From: a virus
Lineage: Duplodnaviria > Caudoviricetes
Direction: 5' to 3' (one strand)
Virus record (IMG/VR): IMGVR_UViG_3300030059_002966
Span: 1-63,647 of that record
DNA length: 63,647 bases
A program made the position numbers and the translations under genes. Every line of letters begins with the position of its first letter. The stretch's first letter is position 1. Below are positions 45,374 through 56,000 of this stretch, piece after piece. The notes beneath the pieces were generated by a model that saw only the letters and a program-made list of their open reading frames with translations, was not told where the DNA came from and searched no databases.

Positions 45374-47804
45374 TACAGGTGTAGTTAGTAATTATTTTCC
45401 AAGTCAAGCTGTAAGTGATCTTGAAAAGATTAGTTTTGATTATGGTTTAAAAGTAGCTAAAGCTATAGAAGCTGAGTGGTATGGCACTTCAAACGGAGAT
45501 GCTAGAACAAGAAACCAGGGCAGAACAAATAGGTATAGTGGTAATCAAAGTGACTTTCACAAGCTTAGACTATACGCTAGAGGTGAGCAATCAATAGAAA
45601 AATACAAAGATGAACTTTCGATCAACGGTGATTTATCTTATCTAAACTTAGATTGGAAACCAGTACCTATTATTCCCAAGTTTGTTGATATTGTAGTAAA
45701 TGGTATTGCAGAAAGAACTTACGATGTAAAAGCTTACTCTCAAGATCCTAATGGTGTTCAGAAGAGAACAGAATACATGGAGTCTATTTTAGCTGATATG
45801 AGATCTAAAGAGCTAAATGATTTTGCTAAAAATGAATTAGGCGTAAATCTATACAACAACGATCCAGCTAGTCTACCTGGCGATGAAGAAGAATTAGCTC
45901 TTCACATGCAGTTAACATATAAGCAAGCTATTGAGCTGGCAGAAGAACAAGCTTTAAATGTTTTACTAGAAGGAAATAAATACGAAAACACTAAGAAAAG
46001 ATTTTACTACGATTTAGCTGTGCTAGGTATTGGTGCAGTAAAAACTAACTTCAACACATCAGAAGGAGTTACTATTGATTACGTTGATCCAGCTGATTTA
46101 GTTTATTCCCACACAGACTCTCCTTATTTTGAAGATATATATTATGTTGGTGAAGTAAAAAGCATACCAATTAATGAGTTAGTAAAGCAATTCCCACATT
46201 TGGATCAAGAAGAAATTGAAGAAATAGCTTCTAAAAGCGGAGGACATAGAGCTGCTTTTGAGTCTTACAAAGAGCAAGATAACAATACGGTTCAGATACT
46301 ATACTTTAACTTTAAAACATATATGAATGATGTTTACAAGGTTAAAGAAACTAGCACTGGTGGTGAAAAAGCAATACCAAAAGACGACAGTTTTAATCCG
46401 CCTGAGAATATGGAAGGTGGTTTTCAAAAAATGCAAAAGTCTATCGAGTGTCTTTACGAAGGAGCTTACATAATTGGGTGTGATAAGCTTATACAGTGGG
46501 AAATGTCTAAGAATATGATGAGACCTAAAAGTGATTACACTAAGGTTAAAATGAATTATTCTATCGTAGCGCCTAGAATATACAAAGGTAAAGTTGAGTC
46601 TTTAGTTAGTCGTATTACTGGTTTTGCAGATATGATACAATTGACTCACTTAAAAATACAGCAGGTTATGTCTAGGATGGTTCCAGATGGAGTTTATCTT
46701 GACGCTGATGGTTTAGCTGAAGTTGACTTAGGTAATGGAACAAACTATAATCCTCAAGAAGCTTTAAACATGTTCTTTCAAACAGGTTCTGTTATTGGTA
46801 GATCTATGACGGCCGACGGAGACATGAATCCTGGTAGAATACCAATACAAGAAATAACAAGTGGTAGTGGAGGCGGTAAACTTCAAAGCTTGATAGCTAA
46901 CTACAACTACTATTTACAGATGATACGTGATACGACTGGTCTAAATGAAGCTAGAGATGGTAGTATGCCAGATAAAAACGCTTTAGTAGGAGTTCAAAAG
47001 CTAGCAGCTGCAAATAGCAACACTGCCACAAGACATATATTACAAGCTGGATTATTTTTAACAGCTGAAACTTGCGAAGCTTTGTCTCTTAGAATATCTG
47101 ACGTAATAGAGTACTCTCCAACTAAAGATGCTTTCATACAAGCTATAGGTGCTCATAACGTTGCCACTTTAGAAGAAATGTCTGAGCTACACTTATATGA
47201 CTTTGGTATTTTTATAGATCTAGCTCCTGATGAAGAGCAAAAAGCTATACTAGAAAACAATATACAAGTAGCCTTGTCTCAACAAAACATAGACTTAGAA
47301 GACGCTATTGATCTTAGAGAAATAAAAAATATTAAGCTAGCTAATCAAATGTTAAAGATTAGAAGAGCTAAGAAGTTGAATAGAGACCAAGCAATGCAAC
47401 AACAGAATATTCAAGCGCAAGCACAAGCTAACGCACAGGCACAACAAGTTGCCGCGCAAGCAGAAGTTCAAAAAACGCAAGCTATAACTCAAATGAATGC
47501 ACAGCTAGAGCAAACAAAGTCTCAACTTAGAATGCAAGAGAACCAAGCTGACGCTGTTCTTAAAAAATCTTTAATGGAGTTAGAATTTCAAATGAACATG
47601 CAGCTTAAGCAAATGGAAACTGACATACTTAATTCCAGAGAAGAATCTAAAGAAAATAGAAAAGACGAAAGAACCAAAATACAAGCTTCACAGCAAAGTG
47701 AGCTTATAGACCAAAGAAAGCAAGGTACACCACCTAAAAAGTTTGAATCAGCAGGTAATGATATACTTGGTGGATTTAACCTAGGTGGTTTTGAGCCTAG
47801 ATAA
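45363..47804 (+). CDS. Portal protein
   Basis: 813 aa directly after terL; PIIPKFVDIVV; Gln-rich C-terminal barrel helix. Confidence 0.85.
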   Translation: MAYNTGVVSNYFPSQAVSDLEKISFDYGLKVAKAIEAEWYGTSNGDARTRNQGRTNRYSGNQSDFHKLRLYARGEQSIEKYKDELSINGDLSYLNLDWKPVPIIPKFVDIVVNGIAERTYDVKAYSQDPNGVQKRTEYMESILADMRSKELNDFAKNELGVNLYNNDPASLPGDEEELALHMQLTYKQAIELAEEQALNVLLEGNKYENTKKRFYYDLAVLGIGAVKTNFNTSEGVTIDYVDPADLVYSHTDSPYFEDIYYVGEVKSIPINELVKQFPHLDQEEIEEIASKSGGHRAAFESYKEQDNNTVQILYFNFKTYMNDVYKVKETSTGGEKAIPKDDSFNPPENMEGGFQKMQKSIECLYEGAYIIGCDKLIQWEMSKNMMRPKSDYTKVKMNYSIVAPRIYKGKVESLVSRITGFADMIQLTHLKIQQVMSRMVPDGVYLDADGLAEVDLGNGTNYNPQEALNMFFQTGSVIGRSMTADGDMNPGRIPIQEITSGSGGGKLQSLIANYNYYLQMIRDTTGLNEARDGSMPDKNALVGVQKLAAANSNTATRHILQAGLFLTAETCEALSLRISDVIEYSPTKDAFIQAIGAHNVATLEEMSELHLYDFGIFIDLAPDEEQKAILENNIQVALSQQNIDLEDAIDLREIKNIKLANQMLKIRRAKKLNRDQAMQQQNIQAQAQANAQAQQVAAQAEVQKTQAITQMNAQLEQTKSQLRMQENQADAVLKKSLMELEFQMNMQLKQMETDILNSREESKENRKDERTKIQASQQSELIDQRKQGTPPKKFESAGNDILGGFNLGGFEPR

Positions 47805-47826
47805 TTACTAATTTATATTTTATATT

Positions 47827-49005
47827 ATGGAAGAAAATGAAAAAGTAGCTGAAGAAGTTACGCAAGAAACACAAGACACTCAAGAGGTACAAGAAATTGA
47901 AAAGCCGATTGTTGATGATTCTAAGTTTGAGTCTGCCGGAGACGATTCGGTAATCAAAATAGACATGTCAACTCCTGTTGTTGAACAAGAACAAGTTGAT
48001 GAAGTTGAAGACAACGCTGAAGAGCCTGTTGTTGAAGTAGTAGAAGAACAACCAGAGCTTGAAGTTGAACCAGAAGTAGAAGTATCTGAAAGTGCTTTAG
48101 AAGAAGTCACTGAAGAAGAGATAGCAGAAACAGAAATTGCTGTTGAAGAAGCTATAGCAGAATCTGAAGCTACAGGAAAAGCATTGCCAGAAAACGTTCA
48201 AAAGTTAGTTGACTTTATGGATGAGACTGGTGGAACGTTAGAAGACTATGTTAATCTTAATAAAGATTATTCTGAGCTAGACAACATGACTGCTTTAACA
48301 GAGTATTATAAAAAAACAAAACCGCATTTAGATGCAGAAGAAATAGAGTTTCTAATTGAAGACTCGTTTAACTATGATGAAGAGCTAGACGAAGAAAGAG
48401 ATGTTAGAAGAAAAAAACTAGCGCTTAAAGAGCAAGTTGCCAGCGCGAAGGCCTACTTAGACGGGCAAAAGTCTAAATATTACGAAGAAGTGAAAGCTGG
48501 GTCAAGGTTAACGCCTGAAGCTCAAAAAGCTATGAACTTCTTTAACCGATATAACAAGGAATCGGAGCAGAATGAAAAAGTAGCATCAGAAGCTAAACTT
48601 AAGTTTAACAATAAAACCGATCAGGTTTTTAATGACAAATTCAAAGGTTTTGAATACAACGTCGGAGACAAAAAGTATAGGTTCAATGTAAAAAACGCTA
48701 AAGAGGTTAAGAGTACTCAAAGCGACATTAACAATTTTGTCAAAAAGTTTTTGGCAGAGGATAACACAATGTCAGACGCTAAGGGTTATCACAAATCTTT
48801 ATTTACAGCGATGAACGCAGATACTATTGCACAACACTTTTATGAACAAGGCAAGGCTGACGCTGTCAAGGACAGTATTAGCAAGGCAAAAAACGTTAAC
48901 ATGGCCCCACGACAAACTCACAAGACGTTTGAAGGTGGTGGTATGAAAGTAAAAGTTTTAGGCGAAAATTCTTCTGATTTTAAGTTTAAGATTAAAAAAC
49001 GATAA
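47827..49005 (+). CDS. Scaffolding protein
   Basis: Very acidic N-terminus, helical; between portal and capsid. Confidence 0.7.
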   Translation: MEENEKVAEEVTQETQDTQEVQEIEKPIVDDSKFESAGDDSVIKIDMSTPVVEQEQVDEVEDNAEEPVVEVVEEQPELEVEPEVEVSESALEEVTEEEIAETEIAVEEAIAESEATGKALPENVQKLVDFMDETGGTLEDYVNLNKDYSELDNMTALTEYYKKTKPHLDAEEIEFLIEDSFNYDEELDEERDVRRKKLALKEQVASAKAYLDGQKSKYYEEVKAGSRLTPEAQKAMNFFNRYNKESEQNEKVASEAKLKFNNKTDQVFNDKFKGFEYNVGDKKYRFNVKNAKEVKSTQSDINNFVKKFLAEDNTMSDAKGYHKSLFTAMNADTIAQHFYEQGKADAVKDSISKAKNVNMAPRQTHKTFEGGGMKVKVLGENSSDFKFKIKKR

Positions 49006-49031
49006 TTTTAACAATTTAAAACAAATTAATC

Positions 49032-50513
49032 ATGGCATTAACTCCAGGAACTAATTTGAATAGCGTACCAACTGCTCAAAAGCAAACGTTATCTTCAAAT
49101 TACTTAGATTTTACAGGCGGCACGGACACAACGTGGGCGCAACAATATTTACCAGACCTTATGGAACAAGAGGCTGAAGTGTTCGGAAACAGAACAATTT
49201 CAGGTTTCTTATCTCAAGTAGGGGCTGAAGAAGCTATGACTTCTGACCAAGTTGTTTGGTCTGAGCAGTCTAGATTACACATAGCTTTAAAAGGAACAGT
49301 TATTACAGCTGGTTCTACTAACGGTACTTTTACAGTTATATCTGACATTGACGGAAACATTTCTGGTGACGGATTTACTGTTGCTGATCACGGTGTTAGA
49401 ACTAACGACGTTGTACTTATTGCTTCTGCTGGTATCGTTACACAATGTTTAGTTGTTGACGCTGACACAGCTGTTATTCAAGTTGAACCTTATGACAAAG
49501 CTGACTTAACTGGTCACGCTACTGGCGCAAGCGCTTCTACTTTATTAGTTATTGGCTCTGAATTTGCTAAAGGTACATCTTACAACGATGGAAACTTTGC
49601 TGCATCTACTTCAAGAACTGCTAACGAGCCAACTTTCAAGTCTTTCTCTAATAAGCCGATTATTATGAAAGATTACTACGAAGTATCAGGATCTGATGCA
49701 TCTCGTATTGGTTGGGTTGAAGTTTCAGGTGAAGCTGGACAAAACGGTTACTTATGGTACTTAAAAGCTGAAGCTGATACAAGATCACGTTTCACTGACT
49801 ATTTAGAAATGGCAATGCTTGAAAGCGTTAAAGGTTCTAACTCAACTGTTGTTGATGCTAGTTTAGGTGCTCCTAGTGATGCTTCTGTTGGTACTGAAGG
49901 TTTATTTGCTGCTATCGAAGATAGAGGTAATGTAACTTCTGGTGTTACTGGTATTAACGCTACTACTGATTTAGCTGAGTTTGACGCTATTTTAGCAGAG
50001 TTTGACAACCAAGGTGCTATTGAAGAAAACATGATGTTCGTAAACAGAGCTACTAGCTTAGCAATGGATGACATGCTAGCTTCTATGAATTCTTACGGTG
50101 CTGGTGGTACTTCTTACGGAGTATTCGACAACTCTGAAGACATGGCATTAAACTTAGGTTTTTCTGGATTCCGTAGAGGATCTTACGACTTCTACAAGTC
50201 TGACATGAAATACCTAAACGACAAAGGAACTAGAGGCGGTATCAACTCTGCTGCTACTTCTGCTGCAATTAGAGGGGTGATTGTACCTGCTGGTGTATCT
50301 TCTGTATATGACCAAATGTTAGGGAAAAACATGAAGCGTCCGTTCTTACACGTACGTTACCGTGCTTCTCAAACTGACGACCGAAGAATGAAAACTTGGG
50401 TTACTGGTTCTGTTGGAGCTGCTACATCTGCTTTAGATGCAATGCAAATCCACTTTTTAACAGAAAGATGTTTAGTTACTCAAGGTGCTAACAACTTTAT
50501 GTTAATGAAGTAG
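49032..50513 (+). CDS. Major capsid protein
   Basis: 493 aa after the scaffold; highly biased codon usage; followed by a strong terminator. Confidence 0.85.
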   Translation: MALTPGTNLNSVPTAQKQTLSSNYLDFTGGTDTTWAQQYLPDLMEQEAEVFGNRTISGFLSQVGAEEAMTSDQVVWSEQSRLHIALKGTVITAGSTNGTFTVISDIDGNISGDGFTVADHGVRTNDVVLIASAGIVTQCLVVDADTAVIQVEPYDKADLTGHATGASASTLLVIGSEFAKGTSYNDGNFAASTSRTANEPTFKSFSNKPIIMKDYYEVSGSDASRIGWVEVSGEAGQNGYLWYLKAEADTRSRFTDYLEMAMLESVKGSNSTVVDASLGAPSDASVGTEGLFAAIEDRGNVTSGVTGINATTDLAEFDAILAEFDNQGAIEENMMFVNRATSLAMDDMLASMNSYGAGGTSYGVFDNSEDMALNLGFSGFRRGSYDFYKSDMKYLNDKGTRGGINSAATSAAIRGVIVPAGVSSVYDQMLGKNMKRPFLHVRYRASQTDDRRMKTWVTGSVGAATSALDAMQIHFLTERCLVTQGANNFMLMK

Positions 50514-50527
50514 AAATACTTTTTTTA

Positions 50528-50560
50528 AGCTACCCTGCCTTCGGGTGGGGTAGTTTTTTT
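50528..50560 (+). terminator. Intrinsic terminator after the capsid gene
   Basis: AGCTACCCTGCC-TTCG-GGTGGGGTAGTT followed by a T run. Confidence 0.9.
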
Positions 50561-50583
50561 ATTAATTATTATTATATTATATC

Positions 50584-51426
50584 ATGGCTAAAAAGCAAAC
50601 AACAAAGGCTAATGTAGCGCCTGAAATGAAAGCTACAAATGAAATGCAACAAGTTATTATTGAAACAGCAGTTGCAGAAAAAAAAGTAGAAACTCCTAAG
50701 AACGATTGGGAGATCAAAGATAGATTGTACTATTTAAAAGGCAATAAAAAGCCTTTATCAAGGATGATCAGATCTGCTAATATATTTTTCTTTGACGAAA
50801 GCAAAGGTTTTGAAAGAGAGTTAAAGTATTGTGAAAACCAAAGAACAGTTTTTGTTGATGAAATGAAAGGTGATCAAAGATTATCTCACATCATATTTAG
50901 AAACGGAGCTTTGTTTGTACCAAAAGAAAAAACGGTATTACAAAAGTTTTTATCTTTACATCACCCAGATAGAGATGTAATGTACTTTGAAAACAAGCCT
51001 GCTGAAGTTGCGGCTGATCAATTAGATTACATTGAAATGGAAATTGAAGCGTTAATGATAGCTAGAGATTTAGATATTGATCTAGCTGAAGCTGTTATGC
51101 GCGTAGAGATTGGATCTAGGGTATCAGAGATGAGTTCTAAGGAATTAAAAAGAGATTTACTATTATACGCTAAAAGAAATCCTGGTTTATTCTTAGAATT
51201 AGTAAATGATGAAAATGTATCTTTAAGAAATACAGGTATTAAAGCTACTGAAATGGGTATATTAAAGTTATCTAGCGATCAAAGAACTTTTACATGGGGT
51301 TCTAACGATAGAAAACTAATGAACGTACCTTTTGACGAGCATCCTTATTCAGCTTTAGCATCTTGGTTTAAAACTGACGAAGGCATGGAGGTTTTCTCCA
51401 GTATTGAAAAGCGCTTAAACGCGTAA
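50584..51426 (+). CDS. Conserved morphogenesis-region protein
   Basis: 280-aa ORF after the capsid gene. Confidence 0.6.
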   Translation: MAKKQTTKANVAPEMKATNEMQQVIIETAVAEKKVETPKNDWEIKDRLYYLKGNKKPLSRMIRSANIFFFDESKGFERELKYCENQRTVFVDEMKGDQRLSHIIFRNGALFVPKEKTVLQKFLSLHHPDRDVMYFENKPAEVAADQLDYIEMEIEALMIARDLDIDLAEAVMRVEIGSRVSEMSSKELKRDLLLYAKRNPGLFLELVNDENVSLRNTGIKATEMGILKLSSDQRTFTWGSNDRKLMNVPFDEHPYSALASWFKTDEGMEVFSSIEKRLNA

Positions 51427-51440
51427 CTATCCTATGGTAG

Positions 51441-51466
51441 AGCAGCCACTCTTCGGGGTGGTTGCT
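51441..51466 (+). other. UUCG-capped hairpin without U-tail
   Basis: AGCAGCCACTC-TTCG-GGGTGGTTGCT. Confidence 0.6.
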
Positions 51467-51487
51467 TAACTATAAAAAAAAGACATA

Positions 51488-52198
51488 ATGGCAGTAGATG
51501 TAAATAAAGTTTATCAAAGAGTTTTGGCTATCGCCAACAAAGAACAAAGAGGTTACATTACTCCTCAAGAATTCAACATACTAGCTAATCAAGCGCAGCT
51601 AGATATATTTGACCAGTATTTTTATGATCTTGGACAGTTTTTAAGAGTACACGGAAACAACACTACGTTTGCGGATGCTGTAGAAATGTTAAAAGAAAAA
51701 ATAAGTACTTTTGAAAAATACAATACTACAGTAGGATCTGGCGTTACTCTACCTACAGATCTTTATAGGCTAAACTGCGTTAGATTTAACAGTGTTGAAG
51801 CCGAGCTTATTTCTCTTAAAGATTTTTACAGAATACAAAACAGCTATTTACTATCACCAAGAGACGAATATCCAATTTACATAAGGACAGAGGGCTCAAT
51901 AAAAGTATACGGCCACACGTCAGCAACTAATCATGCTTTGTCGCAAAAAGTATCTAACGTAGCATGTGACTATATAAAGAAGCCAAGCTTAGTAAACTGG
52001 ACTTATAACGTTGTTTTAAGCAACGCAATATACAACTCTAGTGCAAGTGATGTTCAACATTTCGAAGTTCACGAATCAGAAGAGTCTAATTTAGTGTATA
52101 CTATTTTGAAGTTTGCTGGCATGGCTATTAAAGATCCTTCAGTATATCAGTATGGTGCTGGTGAAGAAATAAAAGATATACAACAAGAAAAACAATAA
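51488..52198 (+). CDS. Head-tail connector/ring protein
   Basis: NKEQRGYITPQEFN..NQAQ; position and size match crAss-like ring proteins. Confidence 0.65.
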   Translation: MAVDVNKVYQRVLAIANKEQRGYITPQEFNILANQAQLDIFDQYFYDLGQFLRVHGNNTTFADAVEMLKEKISTFEKYNTTVGSGVTLPTDLYRLNCVRFNSVEAELISLKDFYRIQNSYLLSPRDEYPIYIRTEGSIKVYGHTSATNHALSQKVSNVACDYIKKPSLVNWTYNVVLSNAIYNSSASDVQHFEVHESEESNLVYTILKFAGMAIKDPSVYQYGAGEEIKDIQQEKQ

Positions 52199-52201
52199 TA
52201 T

Positions 52202-53095
52202 ATGGCTCAAATATCACAAACACAAGCGGGCTACTATGGCGCTTCAAGTGGTCATGGGGCTTATCAATTCACTTCACTTAGAGACATTATAAATGCGTTT
52301 CTTGTAATATACGTTGGAGAAGATAAGCTAATAAGTAAAATTAGCAAAACCGACGTTAGATTTCACGCTCAAAGAGCTTTGCAAGAATTAAGCTTTGACA
52401 CTTTAAAATCAGTAAAGTCCTTAGAAATAGAAGTTCCATCAACATTACAAATGTCGCTTCCTCAAGATTACGTTAACTACGTTAAAATTACTAGAACAGA
52501 CAGTAGTGGTATAGAAAGAGTTTTGTATCCAGCTATAAATACCAGTAATCCAACCGCACCTTTGCAAACAGGTTCAATTGGAGATGAGGGCTTTATTGAT
52601 GCTAACGCCGATGGTGCTATTGACCTACAATCAGAGTCTGATACTTGGACTGCGTTTAAAGGACAAACTGGTTCAAACGTTGGCGAAGACGCCTATAACT
52701 TTGATACTGATTTATTTGACTTATTTTTAGGTCAAAGATATGGTATAAATCCTGCTAACGCGCAGATAAACGGAACGTTTTACATTGACGAATTAAATGG
52801 AAAAATACACTTTGGTTCTTCTATAGCTGGTAAAACAGTGACTGTTAAATACATAAGCGACAGTTTAGGTACGGATGCAGAGTCTAGAGTTCACAAGTTT
52901 GCTGAAGAAGCAATGTACAAGTGTATAGCATACGCTGTTGTAGCTAATAGAGCTAACATGCCTGAGTATGTTGTTCAAAGGCTTAGAAAAGAAAAGAAAG
53001 CAGCTACAAGACAAGCTAAGCTTAGATTATCAAACATTAAGTTAGAAGAAATATCTCAAATACTAAGAGGTAAGTCTAAACAAATTAAACACTAG
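52202..53095 (+). CDS. Head-tail connector/tail tubular (ring) protein
   Basis: LPQDYVNYVKI motif; position. Confidence 0.65.
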   Translation: MAQISQTQAGYYGASSGHGAYQFTSLRDIINAFLVIYVGEDKLISKISKTDVRFHAQRALQELSFDTLKSVKSLEIEVPSTLQMSLPQDYVNYVKITRTDSSGIERVLYPAINTSNPTAPLQTGSIGDEGFIDANADGAIDLQSESDTWTAFKGQTGSNVGEDAYNFDTDLFDLFLGQRYGINPANAQINGTFYIDELNGKIHFGSSIAGKTVTVKYISDSLGTDAESRVHKFAEEAMYKCIAYAVVANRANMPEYVVQRLRKEKKAATRQAKLRLSNIKLEEISQILRGKSKQIKH

Positions 53096-53098
53096 TAA

Positions 53099-56000
53099 AT
53101 GGCTGAGATTAAAAGAACTTTTCTCAAAAGCAAGATGAACAAAGATCTCGACGAGAGATTAGTTCCTAGCGGAGAATATAGAGATGCTTTAAACATAGAG
53201 GTAACTACCTCAGAAGGAGCTAACGTTGGATCTGTTCAAAACTTAAAGGGTAACATTAATACTACGGTTGTAGATCATAATGGATTTTCTTTAATATCCG
53301 GCAGTAGAGCATTGAGCTCTAACGCTACTACTATTGGCGTGCACGCTGACGATTCTACCAAAGCTATTTACAATTTTATCCACCTAGCTCAAGATCTCGT
53401 TGCTAATGGTATATACGTGGGTGGCACTAGGTTTACTGGAGTTAAGTCAGACTGTATTACCGAATTTAAACCTTACTTAAATCAAGACGGTGGAGGAACA
53501 AGGCCTATTGTAGTTGACGTTTTTGAAGCTAGATCAGCAGCTACACCTTTCGTAGCAGGAGATAACGACAGAATAATAAGTGGATTAGAAACAGTTTTTA
53601 CAGATTCTAGTGTTCAGGGTAGTAGCAGTGTTCCAGCTGGTATAAGAGTTGGGATGAGAGTTAGAAAAGTTAACCTTGACGGAGCTGCAGTAGACTCTGA
53701 TAACACTAAAATATACGTAAAGAAAATACTAGGCTCTGACGAAGCAAACGGAAAAATAGAAGTTACTGGTGGAGTATTTATTCCGTACACCCAAGTAGAT
53801 CTTGACACTGGAGTTGTTTTTAAGTTTACAGCAGAAAGAGTTTTAAATTTTGAAGCTGGCGTTAACAAAATAGAAGAAAATACAGATGGAACTCCTTCTA
53901 CTAAAACTCCTGAAGATAAGATCATATCATCGATAAATCTTGTTGACGATATACTTTACTACACGGACAACAGAACAGAACCAAAAAGAATATCTCTTAC
54001 TAGATTCAGAGAAAAACTTAGTTTTATATACAAGCACTCTTCGCACATCTGGAAAGACGTTAGCGGAACTTTCGTAAAAACACCGCTAGAAGAGTCTTTA
54101 ATAACGGTAATAAGAAAAAATCCTTTAACTCCACCTGTTGTAGAAACTATAACAACCACGAGGCAGCCTATTGCTATTAGGGTTAACAATGCGGATGACT
54201 ATGGAGATTTTGGAAATATTGTAACACAAGACGAACAAGGATCAGCGACAGCTTTTAACTATTCAGAAGCTACTACCTCTCTGGTTTTGCTACTCGATGA
54301 TGAATCACCTACTGGTGTCAGCCCTTTTTCTTTTACTACGGCAGAAAACGAGGTTTTTTTACCTGACGGTAGTAATATGCCTAACGGTAACAACCTACTA
54401 GCTTTATCTGCTTCAACAGAAAGAGTAAACTGGAGAACTGGTGATGTTCTTCAACTAACTGGAAATATTACAAACTCAACTGCGCTAGTACAAATCCATC
54501 TTTCGCACGCAAATGGAGTTGTAGACGGAGATCCTACCCAAAACTTATTTACAACGTTTAGAGTAAAGTTAATTTCTACGTCGCAAGAATACACTGGCAC
54601 CGAACCAGATGAGTCTTGGTTAGCAGAAATACATGATAGAGATAAAGTGTATGAGGATGACTTTGTTTGCTTTGCCTATAGATATAAATATGTTGACGGT
54701 GAATATTCTGCAATATCACCATACTCTAACGTAGCTTTTAAAGCTGGTTTTTACTCTTATAATCCAATAAAAGGATTTAATGGTGGTATGGTTAACAGGG
54801 CAAAAAGTATAAAAGTATCTGATTTTATACCTCCTCACACACCTAGAGACGTTGAAAAAGTTCAACTTTTATTTAAGAAAACAAACTCAGCACTAGTCAA
54901 CGTTATTAGAACTTACGAAAGAAATTCTTTTGACTGGAATATTCAAGGAACTATTGGTAGTAATTACAAAGGGGCGTTAGAAATAAGCTCAGAAGTATTT
55001 GGAGCGGCGCTTGGTGAAGATCAATCACTTAGGATATTTGACAATGTTCCAGTAAAAGCTAGATCTCAAGAGTTTAGCTCTAGTAGACTACTATATGGAA
55101 ACTACCACGAAAACTATAACGTACAAGATGAATCTTTTACTAACATAGATCCTAGGATTAATTCTGGATTTGAATCTTTGTTTACTGACTTTACCGCTAG
55201 TTTTGAAAGTAGTTCAAATATGAGTTCTACGCAGCCAAGCGTTGCGCCAGAGGGTAATGATCTGGACTCTGACTTAATGTATCAAATTAGTACTGACTTA
55301 ACTCCAGGCATCCCTGGCGGTCTTCAGAGTATGACGCCTAACTTCAATCCTCAAGATTTTACAATTAACTATGCAGAAGGAACTAACGACACGGTATCGA
55401 ATCCTTTTGGTGGTCTTCCAGCAACTATAGAAGTTGATCCTTCAAATGCCTACTCTAATGTAATACCTGGCTCAAACTTAGTTTCTTTAGGGTGGCGTTG
55501 TTCAGAAGGGCCTTACTATGAGGCTTCGGTGTCTGGAAGTTACACTTTTAAAGCTAGCGTTGACGTAAAGTTTATGTATGCACAGTTTACAGCGCTTGCT
55601 GACAAACCAGCTAGCCATAAAGGATTATTTTTTGGGCTGGCAAGAACAACCAGCAGCGGCGAATGGCTAGATCATGAAAACCTACACGGCGATAACGGCG
55701 ATTATAACTCTGTTACTATAAACGAAGCCAACCCAAATATACTGCATATTGAAGCTGTAAGCGGTAACAATTTAAACACAACAGTAAATTTTTTCAACAA
55801 CGGAGCAGGACCATTTCAAAGTTTTTCTTTTGAAAAAACAGTATATCTAAACGCTGGAGAAAAAGTTGCAGCTGGATTCATAGGCTCGCACAAAATACTA
55901 AGTCTTACTAACGATGCTTACTATAATACACTTTCTGGCGCAGCGTTTGATGGTATTGCTGGTAACTTTCTTAGCTTGCCAATATTGAACAACTCTTACT

